In this document: one piece after another, positions 45,785 to 55,343 of the stretch
Position numbering within the stretch: position 1 is the stretch's first letter
Layout: each line of letters opens with the position of its first letter
Assembly (NCBI GenBank): GCA_002839315.1
Contig: PGXV01000005.1
Coordinates: forward strand, 222,016-286,015
Reading direction: 5' to 3'
Origin: Spirochaetae bacterium HGW-Spirochaetae-3
GTDB taxonomy: Bacteria > Spirochaetota > Spirochaetia > Treponematales > UBA12059
DNA length: 64,000 nt
Notes under the pieces: model-generated
Database searches by the model: none
The model's input: only the letters and a program-made list of their open reading frames with translations
What the model was told of the DNA's origin: nothing
Translations under genes and position numbers: made by a program

Positions 45785-45890
45785 GACTCGCCCGTGGACG
45801 AGCGACGAAAGTTCGGGAATTACGGCCCACGGGCCGAACGCCGCACCGCGGTGCGGCCCGAGCGTAGACGAGACTAGCGAGGAGGGTCCT

Positions 45891-46247
45891 ATGGATAAGG
45901 ATTTTACCGAAAAGATGCGCGAATCGCTTACGACTATGAAGCAGGAGATCCTCGATAAACTGGTAGAGTCGAACGCTGACTTCCGTGCCATCGTCGAAGA
46001 GATGGATCCCAAGGACTTCGCCGACGTCGCGTCGGACGACGTCGACAGGAAGATGATAGAGGCCCTCGGCTCGCAGGACCTGAAGCGCTTGCGATCGATA
46101 GAGGCGGCCCTCGTCAGGATACAGCAGGGACGCTACGGCTCCTGCATGAAATGCTCCAAGCGCATTCCTCCGGAGCGGCTCACGGCCCTGCCCTACGCCG
46201 TCCTATGCATCGACTGCCAGAAGAGCGAAGAGCGCCGGAACCGCTGA
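45891..46247 (+). CDS. DksA/TraR-family C4 zinc-finger protein
   Basis: ORF 45783..46247 trimmed to the ATG at 45891 (GGAGGG RBS; 118 aa). Coiled-coil N-terminus and CMKCSKRIPPERLTALPYAVLCIDC zinc finger. Confidence 0.75.
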   Translation: MDKDFTEKMRESLTTMKQEILDKLVESNADFRAIVEEMDPKDFADVASDDVDRKMIEALGSQDLKRLRSIEAALVRIQQGRYGSCMKCSKRIPPERLTALPYAVLCIDCQKSEERRNR

Positions 46248-46251
46248 CGCG

Positions 46252-47136
46252 TCAGTCCAGCGGTATCTCGAACCGGCCTCCCTTGCCGAATGCCGCGAGG
46301 CTACGGTAGCCCGCGGCCGCGGCGAGGCGGAGGCCGTCGTCGCGATTCGCTCCCAGCTGGGCAGGGGCGTGGGCGTCGGCGTTGACGCAGACGCGTACGC
46401 CCCGGGCCCGTAGTTCCTTCAGTACCCATAAGGCGGGGTAAGGCGAGTCAGTCTTGCCCCGCGCTATCCCCCCCGTATTGATCTCCACTATGACGTCAGC
46501 CGCCGCCACGGCCTCGACGGCTCCCATCGCCGCCCGTCGATACCGTTCGGAGTCCTCCCTGAAGCGCGATTGTCCGCGGTTGTTCTTCCTGATCAAGTCG
46601 AAGTGCCCCAGTATATCGAATCCGCCGGCCTTGGCGCAGGCCGCGACCGCCGCGTAGTAGTCGTCGACGAGGGCCAGGGCGTCGCCGTCGTAGAATCGCT
46701 CCAGGTGCCGCTCGAAGTCTTCCTCGGGTTCGTCGACCGTAAAGCCGAAGGTCGGCTCGCCCGCCTCGTCCAGCGCCTCGACCGATGGCGCGGGCGCTCC
46801 GGCCGGCGTGACGAAGTGGGCCGAGCCTATCGAGAAGTCCAGTCCCGCCTCCGCGAACCTGCCGTCCGCGGGTCCGCACAGCCCGTCTATGAAGTCTATC
46901 TCGAGGCCGGCGAGGATCTCCATCGTCGGCGCGTACTCGCGGCCGAGCTCGCGCAAGGTCCGGACGTATTCGGGTGCGCGCTCTAGATCCATGTTCCATC
47001 CGGTCCTGAAGGGCAACGGCGCGTGGGACGAGAATCCCAATATCGAGAAGCCTGCCGCGCGAGCGGCGTGCGCCATGGCTCGAGCCGAGGCTCTACCGTC
47101 GCAAAAATCGCAGTGGGTATGGTAATTAGTAAGCAT
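46252..47136 (-). CDS. PHP-family histidinol-phosphatase-like protein
   Basis: ORF 46252..47247 trimmed to the ATG at 47136 (294 aa). NYHTHCDFCDG metal-binding N-terminus and HisJ/HisK-like PHP motifs (GSAH, DAH). Confidence 0.75.
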   Translation of the reverse strand: MLTNYHTHCDFCDGRASARAMAHAARAAGFSILGFSSHAPLPFRTGWNMDLERAPEYVRTLRELGREYAPTMEILAGLEIDFIDGLCGPADGRFAEAGLDFSIGSAHFVTPAGAPAPSVEALDEAGEPTFGFTVDEPEEDFERHLERFYDGDALALVDDYYAAVAACAKAGGFDILGHFDLIRKNNRGQSRFREDSERYRRAAMGAVEAVAAADVIVEINTGGIARGKTDSPYPALWVLKELRARGVRVCVNADAHAPAQLGANRDDGLRLAAAAGYRSLAAFGKGGRFEIPLD

Positions 47137-47142
47137 GCGCGG

Positions 47143-47172
47143 AGTATACTCCGTGCCGGACGCCCGATTCAA
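47143..47172 (-). promoter_or_regulatory. candidate promoter giving a leaderless PHP-phosphatase mRNA
   Basis: On the minus strand, TTGAAT-N18-TATACT-N6-ATG. The -10 box sits inside the perfect palindrome GGAGTATACTCC. Confidence 0.3.
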
Positions 47173-47322
47173 CGCGCGGCTGATCCGTCGGTAGTTGTAT
47201 AAATATGCGAGTAAAGTGCATGAATATGCGATATTGACTTGACTCAAAAAAGGGGGCGATGATATTGTGCGGCGATTCTACGTGTAGAACGCTCTATCCA
47301 AATGTTACTGGGGGACTCGAGA

Positions 47323-48711
47323 ATGAGTACAAAGCCCATCAAGGTGCCGCACACTTTCGTGCTGCTGTTCGCCCTGATCATCGTAGCGATCATCGGATCG
47401 TACGTCATCCCTGCCGGTGAATTCGATCGCGCCAAGGATCCGAATTCCGGAAAGACCGTGGTCGTTCCCGGTACGTACCACGCCGTAGAGCAGGTTCCCC
47501 AGCATCCTTTCAAGACGTTCATCGCCGTCCAGAAGGGCTCGATAGACGCGGCCGACGTCGTATTCTTCGTGTTCTTCGTCTACGCGTCGTTCTATATCGT
47601 GCTACAGACAGGCGCCCTCCACTCGTTCATAGGCGGATTGCTCAGGGCGTTGAAGGGTAAGGAGATTATCCTCATCCCCGTGTTCATGTACGTCTTCGCT
47701 CTCGGGGGCTCGGTCTTCGGTATGTTCGAGGAGACGTTCGGTTTCATTCCTCTGTTCGTCGGGCTCGCCATAGCGATGGGCTTCGATGCCATAGTCGGAA
47801 TGAGCATGGTGTTCCTCGCCGTCGGCATGGGATTCGCGGCGGCGTTCATGAACCCGTTCACCGTGGGCGTAGCGCAGAAGGTAGCGGAGCTACCGCTGTT
47901 CTCCGGCATGGGCTTCCGTATCGTCAGCTGGTTCGTATTCGTGACGATGGCGGTCATCTGGACCATGAGGTACGCCATCAAGATCAAGAAGGATCCGAGC
48001 AAGAGCCTCCTCGCCGGCGTCGACATGGGCAAGCTCGCGCTCAACCATGACGAGCTGATCGAGAAGAAGGCCACCGGCCGCGACAAGCTCATCCTGTGGT
48101 GGGTCGTAGCCACGGTCGGCCTCCTCGTCTGGGGCGTCATCGTCAAGGGCTGGTACTTCGACGAGCTCGCGGGCCTGTTCATCATCATGGGCATCGTCGC
48201 GGGCTTCCTCGCCGGATGGGGACCCAGCAAGATCGCTTCTACCTTCCTCGAGGGATGCAAGGATATCGTATTCGGCGCGCTGGTCGTCGGCCTGTCGCGC
48301 GGCATTCTCGTCGTGATGCGGGACGCCAAGATCATAGACACCGTGGTGTACGGTATGTCCCTCCCCCTGTCCTCGCTCCCGCGCTGGATAGCGGCCGAGG
48401 GCATGCTGGTCGTGCAGACCCTCATCAACTTCTTCATCCCGTCCGGTTCCGGCCAGGCGGCGACGACCATGCCTATCATGGCCCCGCTGTCCGACCTCCT
48501 CGGCATCTCGAGGCAGACCGCCGTACTGGCGTTCCAGTACGGAGACGGCTTCTCCAACCTCCTGTGGCCGACCACGCTGCTACCGGTCGTCTGCTCCATC
48601 GCCAAGATCCCGATCCAGAAGTGGTGGCGCTATTTCATACCGTTCTTCGGCTTCCTGATCGTAGCCCAGATGATCTTCATCGCCGCGTCGGTCTTCATAG
48701 GCCTGGTCTGA
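47323..48711 (+). CDS. YfcC/DcuC-like anaerobic C4-dicarboxylate-carrier-family membrane transporter
   Basis: ORF 47302..48711 trimmed to the ATG at 47323. Polytopic, with a YfcC-like N-terminus (KVPHTFVLLFALIIV) and length. Confidence 0.7.
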   Translation: MSTKPIKVPHTFVLLFALIIVAIIGSYVIPAGEFDRAKDPNSGKTVVVPGTYHAVEQVPQHPFKTFIAVQKGSIDAADVVFFVFFVYASFYIVLQTGALHSFIGGLLRALKGKEIILIPVFMYVFALGGSVFGMFEETFGFIPLFVGLAIAMGFDAIVGMSMVFLAVGMGFAAAFMNPFTVGVAQKVAELPLFSGMGFRIVSWFVFVTMAVIWTMRYAIKIKKDPSKSLLAGVDMGKLALNHDELIEKKATGRDKLILWWVVATVGLLVWGVIVKGWYFDELAGLFIIMGIVAGFLAGWGPSKIASTFLEGCKDIVFGALVVGLSRGILVVMRDAKIIDTVVYGMSLPLSSLPRWIAAEGMLVVQTLINFFIPSGSGQAATTMPIMAPLSDLLGISRQTAVLAFQYGDGFSNLLWPTTLLPVVCSIAKIPIQKWWRYFIPFFGFLIVAQMIFIAASVFIGLV

Positions 48712-48810
48712 TATTACGGCCACTTCTCGGCGATAACGTTGTATACTTGCGACGGCCCGGGGCGACCCGGGCCGTCGTTTCATTAGCAAGCGATACTGAA
48801 AGGAACCATC

Positions 48811-49989
48811 GTGAGTGAATATGATAGGATCATAAGAACAGTCGACGAGGCGATAGCCGCGAGGGCCGCGGAGGCCGTGGCCCTGAGCGACGCGATGGCG
48901 GCCGATCCTGAGATCTCAGAGCAGGAATTCAGGAGCAGCAAGGCGCACGTCGAATTCCTTGAAAAAAGCGGATTCGCCGTGGAGTATCCGTTCTTCGGGA
49001 TACCGACGGCCTACAACGGCAAGCTATCGTACGGTACGAACGGCCGCGTCTCATTATTGACCGAATACGACGCCCTGCCGGGAATAGGCCACGCGTGCGG
49101 CCATAACGTCCATGGCGCCATGAGCCTGCTCGCGGGCGCCGGCCTCGCCCCCGTGATGAAAGAGCTCGGCGGCGAGCTCTGGGTTACCGGTACGCCGGCC
49201 GAGGAGAGCAACGGCGCGAAGATCACGATGGCCGCGGGGGGAGTCTTCGACGGGCTCGACCTGGCGCTGATGATACACTCCGGGAACAGCGAATGCCGCG
49301 TCCGCTACCGCTGCCTGGCTATGGACGGGATCGAATTCAAGTTCACCGGAAGGGCCTCGCATGCGGCGGCCTCGCCGTGGGAGGGCAGGAACGCGCTCAA
49401 CGGCGCCCAGCTCTTCTTCCATGCGATAGACATGCTGAGGCAGCACGTCAGGCCCGATGTACGTATGCATGGTATCTACGTCGACGGAGGCAAGGCATGC
49501 AATATCGTCCCGGAATCCGCGACCGTGCGCTTCTACTTCCGCTCGCCGCGCCGCGCGCACCTGAACGACCTGCTCCAGAAGGCCTATAACGCCGCCAAGG
49601 GCGCCGCGCTGGCGACCGAGACCGAGGTGGAGTGGCATCAGTTCGAGCTGCCCTTCGACGAGCTCGTGCCGAACGAAGCGGCGGAATCGATGATGGAATC
49701 CGTCTATGACGAGCTCGGCGTAGGGTACGGCCCCGTTTCCGGTCCGGACGGCTCGTCCGACGTAGGTAACGTCAGCATGCATTGCCCGACGCTCCAGCCT
49801 CTGTTGCCGATCGTCGACAAGCCTTACGCACTGCATACGCGCGAATTCGAGGCGGCTACCAGGCAACCGCAGGCTCACGCCGCTATAGCGACCGGAGCCA
49901 GGATACTCGCGCGCGCGGCGCTCAGGACCTTCCTCGAGCCGGAGCTACGATCGAGGATGAACGCCTGCCTTGAGAAGAACAAGGGCTAG
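48811..49989 (+). CDS. M20-family amidohydrolase/peptidase (AbgB/aminobenzoyl-glutamate-utilisation-like)
   Basis: 392 aa with GTG start. HACGHN metal motif, GTPAEE, and a dimerisation-domain-like middle section. Confidence 0.75.
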   Translation: MSEYDRIIRTVDEAIAARAAEAVALSDAMAADPEISEQEFRSSKAHVEFLEKSGFAVEYPFFGIPTAYNGKLSYGTNGRVSLLTEYDALPGIGHACGHNVHGAMSLLAGAGLAPVMKELGGELWVTGTPAEESNGAKITMAAGGVFDGLDLALMIHSGNSECRVRYRCLAMDGIEFKFTGRASHAAASPWEGRNALNGAQLFFHAIDMLRQHVRPDVRMHGIYVDGGKACNIVPESATVRFYFRSPRRAHLNDLLQKAYNAAKGAALATETEVEWHQFELPFDELVPNEAAESMMESVYDELGVGYGPVSGPDGSSDVGNVSMHCPTLQPLLPIVDKPYALHTREFEAATRQPQAHAAIATGARILARAALRTFLEPELRSRMNACLEKNKG

Positions 49990-50002
49990 GATAGCGGACG
50001 GC

Positions 50003-51154
50003 ATGGAATACCGGACGGGATTCTCGCTCCACCGCGGCGCGGACGGGGCGTTCGCGCCGTGGTCGATGTCGGGGGCGTCGCTTCATGACGGACGCGTCGC
50101 GCTGATCGATTCCGCGTCGCGCGGCGTCGGCGAGGCGGGCATCGAATGCGCCGCCGGAGAGGTGACGAGCCCCGAGGTCCAGACGGATTTTCCGTTCGCC
50201 TCTTGCGTTACCTCCTGGAACGCCGACCTGCCCGAAGGTTCGTGGCTGGAGACGTCGTTGCGCGTTCGCTCGGGCGGGACCTGGACGTCGTGGCGCTCGC
50301 TCGGCGTATGGGCGCCCGACGATTCGACTATCCGCAGGCACTCGGTCGCCTGCCAGGACGACGTCGCGGCGCGCGTGGCCACCGATACCCTGGAGCCGAC
50401 GCGCCCGGCGGACGCGTTCCAGGCCCGCCTCCGCCTATTCGCGGCGGTCGGCGCCGGCGGCCGGGTACGCTGCGTCGCGATGCCCGAGCTTCGCTCGTTC
50501 TCTGTCGCGTACTCGGACGCCAAGCCGGTCGTCGCGCCCGTCGTCTCGTCCCCGTCGCCGCGCGCCCGCGGCCTGGTCGTCGGGGCGGTGCCGCGATGCT
50601 CGCAGATGGTGTATCCGGGGGGCGGCGACGTCTGGTGCAGCCCGACCTCGGTGGCTATGGTCCTCGGGTATTGGCGCGGCGAAGACGGACCCTGCGAGGA
50701 TCGCGTGCGCGCCGCGGTCGCCGGCGTCTACGACCATGGCTACGCCGGCCACGGGAATTGGTCCTTCAACGCCGCGTACGCCGGGTCCCGCGTCGGTATG
50801 GAGGCCTATGTCGCCCGCTTCCGCGGCCTCGATCGGCTCGAGCCGTGGATAGCGGCCGGCGTACCCATAGTCCTGTCGGTCTCCTGGGATAACGACGAGG
50901 GGCGGACTCTGACGGCGGCTCCCGTGCCCAGGTCGGCCGGGCACCTGACGACTCTCGTAGGATTCGACGACGACGGTAACGCCGTCATGAACGAGCCCGC
51001 CTCGCCGTCGGACGATACAGTCCGCCGCGTCTACGACAGGCGCGAGCTGGAAACGCGCTGGCTGTCCGCGTCTGGCGGTACGGCCTACGTAGTATTCCCG
51101 TCGGGAACGGGCGAAACGGATCGATCCGGGCTCTTCGCGGCGACCGCGGGCTAG
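50003..51154 (+). CDS. C39-like (papain-fold) peptidase domain protein with an uncharacterised N-terminal domain
   Basis: ORF 49970..51154; the ATG at 50003 is preferred. C-terminal half has WCSPTSVAMVLGYW (candidate Cys nucleophile) and GHLTTLVGFDDDGN (candidate His). Confidence 0.5.
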   Translation: MEYRTGFSLHRGADGAFAPWSMSGASLHDGRVALIDSASRGVGEAGIECAAGEVTSPEVQTDFPFASCVTSWNADLPEGSWLETSLRVRSGGTWTSWRSLGVWAPDDSTIRRHSVACQDDVAARVATDTLEPTRPADAFQARLRLFAAVGAGGRVRCVAMPELRSFSVAYSDAKPVVAPVVSSPSPRARGLVVGAVPRCSQMVYPGGGDVWCSPTSVAMVLGYWRGEDGPCEDRVRAAVAGVYDHGYAGHGNWSFNAAYAGSRVGMEAYVARFRGLDRLEPWIAAGVPIVLSVSWDNDEGRTLTAAPVPRSAGHLTTLVGFDDDGNAVMNEPASPSDDTVRRVYDRRELETRWLSASGGTAYVVFPSGTGETDRSGLFAATAG

Positions 51155-52467
51155 CGAGAGCCGTATAGGTAGTCGACCGCCGCGGCCTGAATGCCTTCCT
51201 GCCATGAGTAATACGAAGAGAACACGCCGCCCCGGGTCTCGGGATCGACCGAGGTACCGCCTATCAGGTAGACGAAGCCTTTTCGCGCGTCGACGTCGAA
51301 GAGCATGCCGCCGAGCAGCCCGTACGCGTCGGCATGATGGCCCTCCATCGCGACGCCGCCGGCCTCACGCAGGTAATTCCCGCCGAACTCGTCCCTGGAG
51401 TCGGTCGTCATGAATAGCGCTAGCCCCGAGCGACGACTCTTGCCGCGGCCGAGATCGCCGTTCATCGTAGCCCGGTCGAAGGTCCAGCGCGCCTCGCGCA
51501 TGGTCTCCACGCTCTTCGCCGACAGTATCCGCGCGCCGTCCACTTCACCACGGCCCATGAACATGAGCGCTAGCCGCGCTACCTCGCGCGCCGACGCGCG
51601 CAGGCCCCCCTGCGGGGAGAACCAGGTCGCGTTGACGCCCGGCTCGTACGCGGCGATAGCGGCGTCGCTCGGGTTCGAAGAGGGGCGGACGCCCCGCAGG
51701 TCGTCGACCTGCGCTAACCACGGGCCCGCGTAGTTCCAGTCGTCCTCGCCTCTACCCTTGCGGTACAGCGCCGCCAGGTCGGCGAGGCCGTCGTCCGATA
51801 GTAGCCTGACGTTGAACGATCCCCCGACGCCGAGCGGGGCGAGCACGCGCTCCCGCATGAAGAGATCGAAGCGTCGTCCCGTAACCCGCTCCAGTATCGT
51901 GCCTATGACGCCGAAGCCGAGGTTGCAGTACGCGTAGTAGCCCCCCGGCGCGAGCCTCGGGTCCGAGGGCGTCCCGGCGAAATGGGCGCCTCCCTCCCAC
52001 GCGTCCGAGCCCGGTTCGAAGAACTCGCGGAGCGAACGGCCTGGCGGTAGCGAGTAATTCCCTCCGTCGCGTAGCGACGAGACGTGCGATAGCAGCATCG
52101 CCGGGGTTATCGGGGCATCGGGGAAGGCCGGGTTGCGAAGGCGCCATCCGAGGTAATCGGAAACGTCGGCGTCCAGGTCGAGGAGCCCTTCCTCGACGAG
52201 CATCATACAGGCGACGCCGACGAAGGGCTTCGATATCGAAGCGACGCGGAACCTGGTGCCGGCGGTCACCGGCAGGTCGAGGGACGGATCGGTAGGGTGG
52301 ATGAACCGGCGGCCGAGGTAACGCTCGTACGATACGGAGCCGTCCTCGATAGCGACGAAGGCGAGTCCGGACAGCTCGGCGCCCGGACTCGCAGCGACGA
52401 GGTCGAGCCGCCTGGATAATTCGATCGAACGGGAGGAGTCGTCATTCGTTTCCATGGCTACGATCAT
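51151..52467 (-). CDS. beta-lactamase-fold serine hydrolase (class C / D-aminopeptidase-like)
   Basis: 438 aa, GGAGG RBS. SxxK motif ASISKPF. 3' end overlaps the convergent C39-like gene by 4 nt. Confidence 0.75.
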   Translation of the reverse strand: MIVAMETNDDSSRSIELSRRLDLVAASPGAELSGLAFVAIEDGSVSYERYLGRRFIHPTDPSLDLPVTAGTRFRVASISKPFVGVACMMLVEEGLLDLDADVSDYLGWRLRNPAFPDAPITPAMLLSHVSSLRDGGNYSLPPGRSLREFFEPGSDAWEGGAHFAGTPSDPRLAPGGYYAYCNLGFGVIGTILERVTGRRFDLFMRERVLAPLGVGGSFNVRLLSDDGLADLAALYRKGRGEDDWNYAGPWLAQVDDLRGVRPSSNPSDAAIAAYEPGVNATWFSPQGGLRASAREVARLALMFMGRGEVDGARILSAKSVETMREARWTFDRATMNGDLGRGKSRRSGLALFMTTDSRDEFGGNYLREAGGVAMEGHHADAYGLLGGMLFDVDARKGFVYLIGGTSVDPETRGGVFSSYYSWQEGIQAAAVDYLYGSR

Positions 52468-52523
52468 GCAGCGACCTCCACGTCCTTGACAAGCGGAAAC
52501 CGCGCTCCCATACTGGCCCGCCT

Positions 52524-53060
52524 ATGAAATCGTCCATGAGGCGACTGTTCGATATCAGGGCCGCGGCTCTCGGTACGACCGTCGCCGCGGCGGCATGCGC
52601 CGCCTCGTTCGCGATAGCCGCGCTCGGTCTCGGCAACCTCTATTACGCCTCGGTATTCATGCCCGTAGCGATGCTCGGGTGCCTCTCTATAGCCTGGTTC
52701 TCGTTCCTGCGCGACGACGGCTTCGCGCGTCGGAAAGCCGGCTCCGATGTCGGCGACCCGGACGGCGCGCTGCCGGAACCCGCGCCGGCGGAGCCCGTCG
52801 CCGTTCAGGGCCTCGGCCGGTCCTGCGCCGCCTCCGATATAGGCGACGTCGCCCGGCGCGACGTCCCGCCCGGGCATCCCGACGCGTCTATGTACGTTCC
52901 CCGGAACAGCGGCCTCGTCCCCAGGCGCCCCCTCGCAGGCTCCGCTACCGGGCGTTCCGGCGTCTCGGCCCGCGCCGCCCTCGTCTGGGCCGCCGTAGAG
53001 ATAGGCGCCGTGGCCGCTCTCCTCTACTCGGTAGCCGGCGTCGGCTCCCGCTTCTATTAG
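52524..53060 (+). CDS. hypothetical membrane protein
   Basis: 178 aa with about three predicted TM stretches. No SD sequence and no recognisable family. It could be a spurious ORF. Confidence 0.3.
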   Translation: MKSSMRRLFDIRAAALGTTVAAAACAASFAIAALGLGNLYYASVFMPVAMLGCLSIAWFSFLRDDGFARRKAGSDVGDPDGALPEPAPAEPVAVQGLGRSCAASDIGDVARRDVPPGHPDASMYVPRNSGLVPRRPLAGSATGRSGVSARAALVWAAVEIGAVAALLYSVAGVGSRFY

Positions 53061-53175
53061 CGGAGGAGCGATCTGTTGGCAGTGATCTGTGATCGGTGGA
53101 AGCGGGGAAGAGAAGTGGTTCAGTGGACGAGTGGAAAAGTTACGCTATCATCCGCTGATTATTGATTACCATGAC
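53061..53175. repeat. composite copy of the dispersed repeat family
   Basis: TGATCTG-TGATCGG-TGGAAG..GGGGAAGAGAAGTGGTTCAGTGGACGAGTGGAAAAGTTACGCTATCATCCGCTGATTATTGATTAC. Confidence 0.7.
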
Positions 53176-53266
53176 ATAGTGGCGGTTGTCAGGGCTTAAG
53201 CTTCAGGCAGGCTCGTGACCCCGGCCGCCCGCGGCGAGCGCCAGCTCGTCCGCTTGAACGACGACG

Positions 53267-53336
53267 CCCGTATCGCCGCGTTAGTCGGCGATACGGGGTC
53301 AGCGTACGCGATCGCGGCCCTCAGGCCCGCGATCGC
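53267..53336 (-). terminator. two perfect GC-rich stem-loops immediately after the peptide-binding-protein stop codon
   Basis: GCGATCGCGGCC-CTCA-GGCCCGCGATCGC (12 bp) at 53308-53336. CCCGTATCGCCG-N7-CGGCGATACGGG (12 bp) at 53267-53297. There is no clear U-tract, so terminator function is uncertain. Confidence 0.4.
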
Positions 53337-53337
53337 G

Positions 53338-55161
53338 TTATTTTGCTCTCTTCAGGGCCGCGTCTCGCGCGGTTTCCCACGACTTCTCGAGCGACAGGTA
53401 CTCATCGGTCCCCATGCCCTTGGGCATGACGATCTGTCCCTTGAACTTAAGCGTCGACAGGCCGAACGGCGCGTAGGGCGGGGTGAACGGCTCGAGCTTG
53501 GACGCCTCGAATCCGCCGCCGCCTCGCGCGAACGGTATGACGATAGCCTCGTCGATCAGGTAGGCCTCGGCCTTCGCGAATAGTTCGTAGCGCTTCTTCA
53601 TGTCCTTCGTCTCGGCCATGGCGGGGTCGACCAGCTTGTCGTAGCTGGTCTTACCGTCGGCCTGCTTGTAGGCGGGCGAGCTGTCGAGGAAGACGTAGTT
53701 GGCGCCTGAGACGAACGGATCTGTGTAGGTCTGGGGGTCGGCGTAGTCCGGGCCCCAGTTGAGTTCCATCAGGCCGTAGTTGCCGGCGCGCCTGGTGGCG
53801 CTGAGGAATCCGGTTGACGGGAACGAAACGGGTATTATGTCGATGAAGTCCTTGCCGAGCAGGGTCTCGAGCTGCTGCTCGACTACCTGGACGCGGTTGG
53901 CCCACTCGTAGATGTTGTCGGAGCGGTACGGCATCATGATCTTGACCGGGAAGGTGGCCTTGCCGGCCAGTTCCTTCATCGCCGCGGCCTTGAAGCCAAG
54001 CGCCGCGGCCTTATCGAAGGGCGTGGAGCCGGCGAGGGCCGCGAGGTCGCCCGTAGAGACGTAGTCCCTGCCGCCGGCGCTCGCGAAGAAGGAGGGCGTG
54101 ATCGTCTTTATGATGCGGCGATCCGGCGAGTAGGGCTCCCAGGTGAGCATCGCCGCCTTGCGGTCCAGGGCGCTGTATATGGCCTTGCGGAAGTTCTTGT
54201 TGTTGACCGCGACGGCCCAGTTCGCGGGCTCGTACTCGGCCGCGAAGGTCGGCTTGAAGTTGAAGCCGTAGAAGTACGTGTAATAGCTGACCCTGGACGG
54301 GCGGACCTGTACCTTCTTGGCCGGATCCTTCATCCAGGTGTCGAGGATGCTGGACGGAATGGGCGCGTACGAGCTCTGTCCCCTGAGGAATAGCTCGGGG
54401 GCGAGGGTCCTGGCCTCCTTGTTGTAGCGGTAGATCAGCCGCGGGATGTTGACGTTCTTCTGGTCCCAGTACTTCTTGTTCTTGGTAAGGACCCTGGACA
54501 CCTGGGGCTCGAACTCGGTCATGATATAGGCGCCGTTGGACAGCACGCTCTTGTGGTCGCGTCCGAAGGTCGATCCCATGGCCTCGAGGAACTTTCCGTT
54601 GACCGGCAGGTACGTCACGTAGCTGAGCATCGACAGGAAGTACGGTACCGGCGCCTTGAGCGTGTACTCGAGCGTGTACTTGTCCACCGCCTTGACTCCG
54701 ACCTGCGAGAAGTCGGTTATCTTGGCTTCGTAGAACTCGTCGGCGTTCTTGATGACCGTGGACAGGGGATCGACGATCGTCGACGCGTTGGCCTTGGTCA
54801 GGATGTACCTGGCGGCGTCCACCCAGTCCTGGGCGGTAACCTCGGCGTAGGGCTTGGCCTGCCAAGTATACCACTGGACTCCCTTGCGGAGCTTGAAGGT
54901 CCAGACGAGCCCGTCGGGCGAGGAGGTCCACGACTCGGCGAGGCTCGGCTTGAGCACGCCGTACTTATCGTACTCTATGAGGTTGTCGATCGTGTTGGCG
55001 AACATGAAGTGTTCGTTCTCGGTACCGGTGATGAGGTGGTTAAGCGTCGTCACCTCGCCCGAGTACATCTCGTAGTAGTCCCCGGATTTCCGCTGGGACC
55101 ATGCCTGGCCGACCGCGACGATCGCGACGATCGCCAGCGCGAGTGCCTGCTTGTTCTTCAT
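53338..55161 (-). CDS. ABC transporter peptide-binding protein (family 5, Opp/Dpp type)
   Basis: 607 aa, AGGAAG RBS, signal peptide. Full-length OppA/DppA-SBP-like sequence. Confidence 0.85.
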   Translation of the reverse strand: MKNKQALALAIVAIVAVGQAWSQRKSGDYYEMYSGEVTTLNHLITGTENEHFMFANTIDNLIEYDKYGVLKPSLAESWTSSPDGLVWTFKLRKGVQWYTWQAKPYAEVTAQDWVDAARYILTKANASTIVDPLSTVIKNADEFYEAKITDFSQVGVKAVDKYTLEYTLKAPVPYFLSMLSYVTYLPVNGKFLEAMGSTFGRDHKSVLSNGAYIMTEFEPQVSRVLTKNKKYWDQKNVNIPRLIYRYNKEARTLAPELFLRGQSSYAPIPSSILDTWMKDPAKKVQVRPSRVSYYTYFYGFNFKPTFAAEYEPANWAVAVNNKNFRKAIYSALDRKAAMLTWEPYSPDRRIIKTITPSFFASAGGRDYVSTGDLAALAGSTPFDKAAALGFKAAAMKELAGKATFPVKIMMPYRSDNIYEWANRVQVVEQQLETLLGKDFIDIIPVSFPSTGFLSATRRAGNYGLMELNWGPDYADPQTYTDPFVSGANYVFLDSSPAYKQADGKTSYDKLVDPAMAETKDMKKRYELFAKAEAYLIDEAIVIPFARGGGGFEASKLEPFTPPYAPFGLSTLKFKGQIVMPKGMGTDEYLSLEKSWETARDAALKRAK

Positions 55162-55343
55162 GTGCTACTTCCTTAACAGAAGACTATAGTAAAAAGACGG
55201 TAACACCGCCGCTTTCCAAGTATTTCACTCGACTTGCCCGAAGTCAAATTGTATATGCTATTATTGTCCCGGCGGAGGCCCCGGACGACTGGCCTCTCCG
55301 GCGTTAGGCATGTTACTATACAACGATACATACGGCAAGGAGG

